A stretch of 64,000 nt of DNA, from positions 70,530 to 134,529 of the forward strand of contig JAFTKO010000012.1 in assembly GCA_017453205.1 (NCBI GenBank), given 5' to 3'. This document shows, piece by piece, positions 58,541 to 64,000 of the stretch. Every line of letters begins with the position of its first letter. Within the stretch, counting starts at the first letter, position 1. This DNA is from Clostridia bacterium. Its GTDB lineage: Bacteria; Bacillota; Clostridia; Oscillospirales; CAG-272. A model generated the notes under the pieces. The model was not told the DNA's origin and did not search any database. It saw nothing but the letters and a program-made list of their open reading frames with translations. Both the position numbers and the translations under genes were made by a program.

Positions 58541-59479
58541 ATGGAACTGCAAGAATTGCAAACAAAACTTGGAAAAAGAGCCGATCTGGAAGCCGAGCGT
58601 GACGCATGGCTTCAAAAGTGTACCGAGCTTGAGCAACGCTCGTACCGTGAAAAGCTGAATATGGAATATGAGCAATCCGATGTGGAGGCTTTGGAGGGAA
58701 AGACCCTAAAGGCGTTCCTATATACTGCTCTTGGCAAAAAAGAAGAACGCTTGGAGCAAGAAGAGCAGGAGGCTGATGAGGCAAAGCTGCAATACGAGGC
58801 GACATTGGGGGAGTTTGCCGATGCGCAAAAGCAGGTCAAGCGCATCGAGGCAGAGCTGCGTGCGCTGAAAAAGGCGGAACAGGACTATCAAAGCCTTGTC
58901 AAAGAGCAAGCGGAGCACCTCAAAGCCATTGAGCCGCTTCTTTCCGATGCCGATGCGCTGTCACTTTCGTCGTTACGCAAGGAGCTGGAAGAGGAACGGT
59001 GTAAGCAGGAGCACCTCGAACATGCGCTTGAGGAAGGAAATAAGCTTGCAAAATATGCAGAGAACGTGATGGAGTCACTCCGAAACGCTAGGGAAGAAGC
59101 CAAACATGATCGCTATATGGCAAGGGATGAGGAGCTGAATGAGGCACAGGAGCGTTTTAAACTCGTGCAGATTCAATTTCAGCGTTTTTACGAAGCGATG
59201 CCAGGTGCCGCAATGCGCCTTTCCGTTGATTTTCAGTTCAAGGTAAAAGGCGTTAGTTTTGATGAACAGCAAAGTGTTTTGGAGAATGCTTATCAAGCGG
59301 GTCAATATCCGATGAATGACGTGAATGTTGGTTATCCTTGGTTAAAAACGGAAGCCTTTGCAAGTAAGCTTCACGTTGTCTTGGGGGATTTGGATGAAGC
59401 GTTGGAGCTTACAAAGCGAAAGCAAAGCCAATTGGAGATAAGGCTTTCGGAGCTGTTGCAAAAATACCAAGCAATGTGA
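58541..59479 (+). CDS. hypothetical coiled-coil protein
   Basis: ATG 58541 (AAAGGA SD). 312 aa, highly charged with heptad-like E/K/L/Q-rich sequence. No family recognised. Confidence 0.55.
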   Translation: MELQELQTKLGKRADLEAERDAWLQKCTELEQRSYREKLNMEYEQSDVEALEGKTLKAFLYTALGKKEERLEQEEQEADEAKLQYEATLGEFADAQKQVKRIEAELRALKKAEQDYQSLVKEQAEHLKAIEPLLSDADALSLSSLRKELEEERCKQEHLEHALEEGNKLAKYAENVMESLRNAREEAKHDRYMARDEELNEAQERFKLVQIQFQRFYEAMPGAAMRLSVDFQFKVKGVSFDEQQSVLENAYQAGQYPMNDVNVGYPWLKTEAFASKLHVVLGDLDEALELTKRKQSQLEIRLSELLQKYQAM

Positions 59480-59519
59480 TCTATTTGCGTTTGATTAAAA
59501 ATTTTTTTGAAAAAAACTA

Positions 59520-59548
59520 TTGACAAATCCCTCCTTTTCATGTATAAT
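59520..59548 (+). promoter_or_regulatory. consensus sigma-A promoter of the DUF2325 operon
   Basis: TTGACA (59520-59525)-17 nt-TATAAT (59543-59548), with an A/T-rich UP-like tract upstream. Confidence 0.65.
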
Positions 59549-59556
59549 AAAGAAAA

Positions 59557-59707
59557 AAAGGTTAGCATACGCTAACCTTTGGTTTGAAACAAAAGTTAGC
59601 AGAAACTAACTTTTGAAAAGCGTATAAAAATACGTGAAAAACAAAAAATAAATTTAAAAATGCCGACCGGCATTCTTTTTTGAGAACAAGGTTAGCGATG
59701 GCTAACC
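59557..59707 (+). promoter_or_regulatory. leader with three GTTAGC/GCTAAC hairpin-palindromes and an internal terminator-like hairpin
   Basis: AAAGGTTAGCatacGCTAACCTTT at 59557-59580. AAAAGTTAGcagaaaCTAACTTTT at 59591-59614. AATGCCgaccGGCATT+CTTTTTT at 59659-59681. GGTTAGCgatgGCTAACC at 59690-59707. Confidence 0.55.
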
Positions 59708-59730
59708 AATAAATGGAAAAGGAGAAGAAT

Positions 59731-60018
59731 ATGAGTGTTGTGATTGTGGGAGGAAACGAATGTATGTCGCGCCGTTATATCGAGCTTTGCAAATCTTACA
59801 ATTGCAAAGCAAAGGTCTATCCTTTGATGAAAGGAGAAATGCGCGATTTTGGTACGCCGGACCTATTGGTACTTTTTACAGGGACTGTCTCCCATAAGAT
59901 GGTACATTGTGCCATGAGCAAAACGCGAGGCAAGGATACGCGGGTGGTACGCTGTCACAGTGCGTCGGTCACCGCGCTCAAAAGTATTATGGACGAACAC
60001 TGTGCACAGGAGGCTTGA
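59731..60018 (+). CDS. DUF2325 domain protein
   Basis: ATG 59731 (AAGGAG SD). MSVVIVGGNECMSRRYIELCKSYNCKAKVY...DLLVLFTGTVSHKMV. Family from memory. Confidence 0.72.
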   Translation: MSVVIVGGNECMSRRYIELCKSYNCKAKVYPLMKGEMRDFGTPDLLVLFTGTVSHKMVHCAMSKTRGKDTRVVRCHSASVTALKSIMDEHCAQEA

Positions 60019-60019
60019 G

Positions 60020-60565
60020 ATGTCGGAACGCATGCTCATTCAACATTGTTCTCCCACGTTGGCGGGGCTCAAAACCGGGAATTTGTTTTCCTGTTCCTAC
60101 CAAAACGTCCAAGAGATGCGCGCATGTCTGCGCACATTCAACCGCCGTCTTGGCAAAAAGGGGTTACGTGTTCTGCCTGTAAAGTATCATGAGGGGCGGG
60201 CGCTGATCTATGTTTACCGTCCCAAGCAGCTCGCACGGGATTTGTATGACGACTCGGCGCGGCAGATTCTCGGCGCGCGGGGATATTCCTGCGACAGTCC
60301 CGAAAAGTGTATTGTGCAATTGGTACGCCGCTTGCAGGCGGCAGAGGATTTTCCTCATGAGATCGGCTTGTTTCTCGGTTACCCGCCCGAGGATGTCAGC
60401 GGCTTTATCGAGGGCGCGGACTGTAAATACAGCGGTTGCTGGAAGGTGTACGGCGATGAGGAACAAGCCAAAGCACTGTTTGCAAAATACAAAAAATGTA
60501 CCGCGGTGTACGCGCGGCACTGGGAAAACGGCAGAACCATTGAGAAATTGACGGTGGGCGGGTGA
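60020..60565 (+). CDS. DUF3793 family protein
   Basis: ATG 60020 (AGGAGG SD, 1 nt after the upstream TGA). HCSPTLAGLKTGNLF and FPHEIGLFLGYPPEDVSGFIE...GCWKVYGDEEQAKALF. Family from memory. Confidence 0.72.
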   Translation: MSERMLIQHCSPTLAGLKTGNLFSCSYQNVQEMRACLRTFNRRLGKKGLRVLPVKYHEGRALIYVYRPKQLARDLYDDSARQILGARGYSCDSPEKCIVQLVRRLQAAEDFPHEIGLFLGYPPEDVSGFIEGADCKYSGCWKVYGDEEQAKALFAKYKKCTAVYARHWENGRTIEKLTVGG

Positions 60566-60658
60566 CTGCTGTATTAAAAAAGCCTTTGTGAAAACGAACA
60601 TGTTCCCTTGCCTCGGCATACACTGTGTTTGAAAATCCATTTTCAACGAGGTGCGTAT

Positions 60659-61150
60659 ATGTACAGAGGACAGGACTTTCCGCGCTTTTTGCCTATGATC
60701 CGTCAAAGACCGCAAGCTTGGGCGGAGCTGAAAGGGAATGAATTTTATCCCAACATCCGAGGGAATGTTCGCTTTTATCAAACGCGGTACGGTGCGATCG
60801 TCGTATCGGAGTTTTCGGGACTGCCGCAGGTGACCGAGAGCTGCAGGAGTCCGATCTTCGGATTTCATATTCACGAGGGAAACGATTGCGGCGGAACTCC
60901 CGAAAGACCGTTTGCCAACGCGCGTACCCATTATAATCCGTCGGGATGCAGACATCCGTACCATGCGGGAGATATGCCGCCCATCTTTGGCGCGAACGGA
61001 ATTGCATTTTCGGCGTTTTTGACCGACCGTTTCCGCGTGGATGAGATTGTGGGCAGAACCGTGATCCTGCACGATGCTCCCGATGATTTTACCACACAAC
61101 CCTCGGGCAACGCCGGAGCGATGATCGCTTGCGGCGTGGTACGAAGATAA
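60659..61150 (+). CDS. Cu/Zn superoxide dismutase-family protein, no signal peptide
   Basis: ATG 60659 (GAGGTG SD). GFHIHEGNDCG, THYNPSGCRHPYHAGDMP, ILHDAPDDFTTQPSGNAGAMIACGVV. Confidence 0.8.
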   Translation: MYRGQDFPRFLPMIRQRPQAWAELKGNEFYPNIRGNVRFYQTRYGAIVVSEFSGLPQVTESCRSPIFGFHIHEGNDCGGTPERPFANARTHYNPSGCRHPYHAGDMPPIFGANGIAFSAFLTDRFRVDEIVGRTVILHDAPDDFTTQPSGNAGAMIACGVVRR

Positions 61151-61160
61151 AGAGAAAAAA

Positions 61161-61197
61161 GAACCGTCGCACATTTTTGCGTGCTTCGGTTCTCTTT
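61161..61197. terminator. bidirectional terminator between the SOD-like and PAP2 genes
   Basis: GAACCGtcGCAC-atttttgc-GTGCttCGGTTC with an A-run upstream and TCTTTTT downstream. Confidence 0.62.
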
Positions 61198-62115
61198 TTA
61201 TAATTTTTTTCCTAACCTTGCAAAAAAACGAAAGCTCAAAGGCCAAAGCAGACCTGCCGTCAAGACCATGATGAGATAACGTACAAAGCCGCCTATCGAG
61301 GCACCAAACAGCGCATTGAGCGGTGTTTTGAGAAGCGACTTGATCAGAACGATGACGGCGAGTCCTCCAGCCACTTTTAAAATTTGCGCCCACCAAATGG
61401 CATGAGTCTCAAAGTGGATATATTTTTGATCGGTCGGATAGATCAAGCAGATACCTACGACCGCCGCAAACAGTTTCCATGCCACCTCTTTGGCATTGGT
61501 TAGGTTTACCGCGTCCACATCAGTGGGGAATTGCCACAGCTCCACATACAACAGGTTGCCAAGCGCCAGCAAAAACGCGCATGCGATGATGCCATACATT
61601 ATGCGTGGGTTTGTCCTCGCTCTTTCCATGATGGGGTAGATTACCAATACAAAAGCAGTACCGATGACAAGGGAAACCAGCACATCCTTGGGGGTGTGTA
61701 CGCCGAGGTACATTCTCGAAAACGCGATCAAAAGGAACAGCACCACACCGCCGACCTGTACCGCGCTCCGCTTGGACGAGCGTGCAATGCCGCCGTAAAG
61801 ATTGACGGCAATCTGTGTATGACCGCTGGGGAACGAATATCCCGTCGCTTCGGCTCGCGCACTTTCCACAATCGTGAAGTTTGGATCGAGCACCCAAGGG
61901 CGTGGGACGCGGAACATCATTTTCAAAAATTGAATGCAAACCGTCCCACAAAAGCCTGTAAACAGCAGATAATAGCCGCGGTGCTTATCCACGCACCAAA
62001 AAAAGGCGAGGGCAACGATCATAAAGAGCATTTCGGCGCCCAAATATGTGATACCGGAGATCAGTGCGTCCAAAAACGGCGTGCGAATACTTTCCAGAAG
62101 TTTTAGCAATTCCAT
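61198..62115 (-). CDS. PAP2-family phosphatase with a C-terminal multi-TM extension
   Basis: PSGHTQIAV and SRMYLGVHTPKDV motifs; 305 aa, about 8 TM segments. Confidence 0.8.
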   Translation of the reverse strand: MELLKLLESIRTPFLDALISGITYLGAEMLFMIVALAFFWCVDKHRGYYLLFTGFCGTVCIQFLKMMFRVPRPWVLDPNFTIVESARAEATGYSFPSGHTQIAVNLYGGIARSSKRSAVQVGGVVLFLLIAFSRMYLGVHTPKDVLVSLVIGTAFVLVIYPIMERARTNPRIMYGIIACAFLLALGNLLYVELWQFPTDVDAVNLTNAKEVAWKLFAAVVGICLIYPTDQKYIHFETHAIWWAQILKVAGGLAVIVLIKSLLKTPLNALFGASIGGFVRYLIMVLTAGLLWPLSFRFFARLGKKL

Positions 62116-62176
62116 GAAATGGTTTCCTTTCGGTAAAGTTCCTTTAGGCGGCGGTAGCGAATTGTGAGGTATTGCC

Positions 62177-63535
62177 TTAAATGTCCGCCAGTTTGCCTTT
62201 GCGCAAACGGTTGTTGTAATAGAGAAATGCCGCGGTGTTGGTAAACAGCATTACGATCCACGATGCCATAAAGCAAACCGTGATACAGAAAAAGGTTGGA
62301 TAAAGTGGAAAAATAAATTTTAACCACAGAATGCGAAGAACGAAAACACAGACCGCCGAATTGAGTGCGGAAAACAAGGTGCCGCCCAAGGTTTGGATTG
62401 TATTCATCAGTACACAATCGATGCCAACCGCCCAATAGATCAGCAAAAAGCGCAGACGGATCACGGCGTATTCAATGGCTTCGGGATCATCGGCAAGCAT
62501 AAAGGAAAACCAAAATCTTGCCGTTAGGTTGAGAAAAACGCCGATGATCAGTCCGATGGCACAAGCGAGCCAAAGACAATGGAAAAAAGATTTTTTTGCG
62601 CGCGGCAGATTTTTCGCACCCAAATTTTGACCGATAAATACAGTTGCCGTGGTGGCAAACGCGTTTGTAAAGGCGCCCACCATGCTTTCCAGCGTTGTCG
62701 CGGCGCTGTTTCCCGCAATGGCGGAAACACCGAAGTCGTTGATCGCGGTTTGCATTTGGAGATTGGCAAGAGGGAAGAGAATTTGACTGAAGAACAGGGG
62801 GAGACCGAAGCGAAGGATTTTCCAAAATGCGGCAAAGCTCCACCGCACTTGCGAGAGAATGACGCGCACATTGCTTTTGATGCGGCAGAGACGGATCCCT
62901 ATAAGAACCGCACTCAAAATCTGTGCTGCCGCCGTTGCGATTGCCACCGCGGCAACCTTTTGGGGAAGCAGCAGACAAAGAATGATGTTAAGGAAGACAT
63001 TGAGAATGCCGCCGGCGGTGATATAAGAAAAGGGGCGTTGGGTATCGCCTGCGGCGGTAATGATTGCGGCACCGAAGTTGTAAAAAAGAACAAACGGTGC
63101 GGCGGCGATGTAAATGCGGATATAAAGCACCGCGCCGTCAAAGCAATCGTCGGGGCAATGGCTCAAACGTAGGATATCGGGGGCAAAAATGATGCCGAAC
63201 ACAGCAACCGCAATGCCAAAGAGGATCGATGACAGCAACGCTGTGTTTACGGTAGATCTGATTTTTTCTTCTTCGTTTGCACCCAAATAGCGTGCCAAAA
63301 TGATTTTGCTTCCCGCAGAAATACCGATGAATGCATTGACGATGAGATGGATGATGGTAGAGGTCGCGCCAACCGATGCTACCGCACCCGAATCTGCCAT
63401 GTTGGCAAGCACAATGAGGTCGACCGAGTTAAACAGACATTGTACCAGTGTGCTCAAGATTAAGGGGATCGCGTACAACAGCAACGAACGTAGCAAAGGA
63501 CCTTTTGTCGCGTCGATTTTTTGCGATTTTTGCAT
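62177..63535 (-). CDS. MATE family efflux transporter
   Basis: 452 aa, 12 TM segments; N-terminal GPLLRSLLLYAIPLILSTLVQCLFNSVDLIVL. Confidence 0.85.
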   Translation of the reverse strand: MQKSQKIDATKGPLLRSLLLYAIPLILSTLVQCLFNSVDLIVLANMADSGAVASVGATSTIIHLIVNAFIGISAGSKIILARYLGANEEEKIRSTVNTALLSSILFGIAVAVFGIIFAPDILRLSHCPDDCFDGAVLYIRIYIAAAPFVLFYNFGAAIITAAGDTQRPFSYITAGGILNVFLNIILCLLLPQKVAAVAIATAAAQILSAVLIGIRLCRIKSNVRVILSQVRWSFAAFWKILRFGLPLFFSQILFPLANLQMQTAINDFGVSAIAGNSAATTLESMVGAFTNAFATTATVFIGQNLGAKNLPRAKKSFFHCLWLACAIGLIIGVFLNLTARFWFSFMLADDPEAIEYAVIRLRFLLIYWAVGIDCVLMNTIQTLGGTLFSALNSAVCVFVLRILWLKFIFPLYPTFFCITVCFMASWIVMLFTNTAAFLYYNNRLRKGKLADI

Positions 63536-63670
63536 GTTTGCGTGCCTCCAAAGTTATTTTGCTTCATTTTATCATAATCCAAGCAAAAAAACAATACCTT
63601 ACAAGCCTTTTTTTGAAAAAAATAAGCCTTCTTTTTCTCAAAATGTCCTTTTTTAAAATCCAAAAATAAG

Positions 63671-63705
63671 AAAAAACGCAAGCAGATCGCTCCGCTTGCG
63701 TTTTT
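63671..63705 (-). terminator. terminator after rpsR
   Basis: CGCAAGC-agatcgctcc-GCTTGCG flanked by A6 and T5 runs. Confidence 0.7.
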
Positions 63706-63714
63706 CTCTGATCA

Positions 63715-63981
63715 TCAATCGGTAACAAAGGGCAGGAGAGCCATGTTACGAGCACGCTTAATAGCAGTGTTCAACTCTCTCTGATGAACCGCGCAGGTAC
63801 CGGAAATTCTTCTGGGAAGAATTTTGCCGCGCTCGCTGATGAACTTGCGGAGCTTAGCGCTGTCCTTGTAATCGATAAAAGCGATCTTGTCTGCGCAGAA
63901 AACGCAAACCTTTCTTCTTCTGCGATTTTGATTTGCCGGACGTGCGGGACGAACGACAACTTCTGTTTTGGTTGTATCCAT
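63715..63981 (-). CDS. rpsR: 30S ribosomal protein S18
   Basis: [73 protein letters not shown]. Confidence 0.95.
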   Translation of the reverse strand: MDTTKTEVVVRPARPANQNRRRRKVCVFCADKIAFIDYKDSAKLRKFISERGKILPRRISGTCAVHQRELNTAIKRARNMALLPFVTD

Positions 63982-64000
63982 CTTATGAAATCCTCCTGTT

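Noticed and set aside
59557-59707. Whether the GTTAGC/GCTAAC palindromes are CIRCE (HrcA) or AdcR/Zur-type boxes
   Set aside because: CIRCE is TTAGCACTC-N9-GAGTGCTAA, which has longer arms and a 9-nt spacer. AdcR-type boxes are TTAACNNGTTAA. Only the TTAGC/GCTAA ends coincide, and the downstream genes are not chaperones. The motif is therefore treated as unassigned.

Overview
This 64-kb window looks like core chromosome from a spore-forming Clostridia-class Firmicute. That inference rests on AGGAGG-type ribosome-binding sites, a T-box leader, ECF/CoaX genes, a DUF3794-like gene with a sigma-E-like promoter, and roughly 50-55% GC by eye. About 55 genes are supportable.

Left to right, the genes are:
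- a DUF3794-like gene that runs off the left edge
- an acyltransferase-GT8-GT8-acyltransferase cassette
- a gpx / 4-Cys TSCPD / ohrR peroxide module
- rsmI, an Amidase_3 gene, lepA, tcdA, nudF, and GT2 plus LtaS-like envelope genes
- tRNA-Gly(CCC), coaX and an ECF S-component, and an M23 peptidase
- a five-gene ABC / ABC-2 / GldG x2 / giant DUF4340-like operon
- asd and a THUMP methyltransferase
- two Ca-type P-type ATPases flanking araC-GH38 mannosidase and cls
- a 12-gene branched-chain amino-acid super-operon behind one Leu T-box (leuA-ilvBNCD-leuCDB-DUF815-ilvA-ridA-ilvE)
- a coiled-coil protein and a DUF2325-DUF3793-Cu/Zn-SOD-like operon
- PAP2, MATE and rpsR

I found no rRNA, CRISPR array, IS/transposase, integrase, phage genes or recognisable defence genes. 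I cannot point to an unambiguous new system.

The best candidates for follow-up are:
1. An unrecognised triple GGTTAGC-N4-GCTAACC hairpin/palindrome leader with an internal terminator, upstream of the DUF2325/DUF3793/SOD-like operon.
2. The duplicated-GldG ABC operon with a 971-aa DUF4340-like protein that carries a predicted cytoplasmic Flg_new repeat.
3. A six-member family of intergenic hairpins with a conserved tail.
4. A DUF815 ATPase embedded in the BCAA operon.

All family names come from reading motifs by eye and from memory; no searches were run. Many long ORFs in the supplied track are antisense shadows of real genes and were discarded. Several starts were moved to internal ATGs that have good Shine-Dalgarno (SD) sequences.
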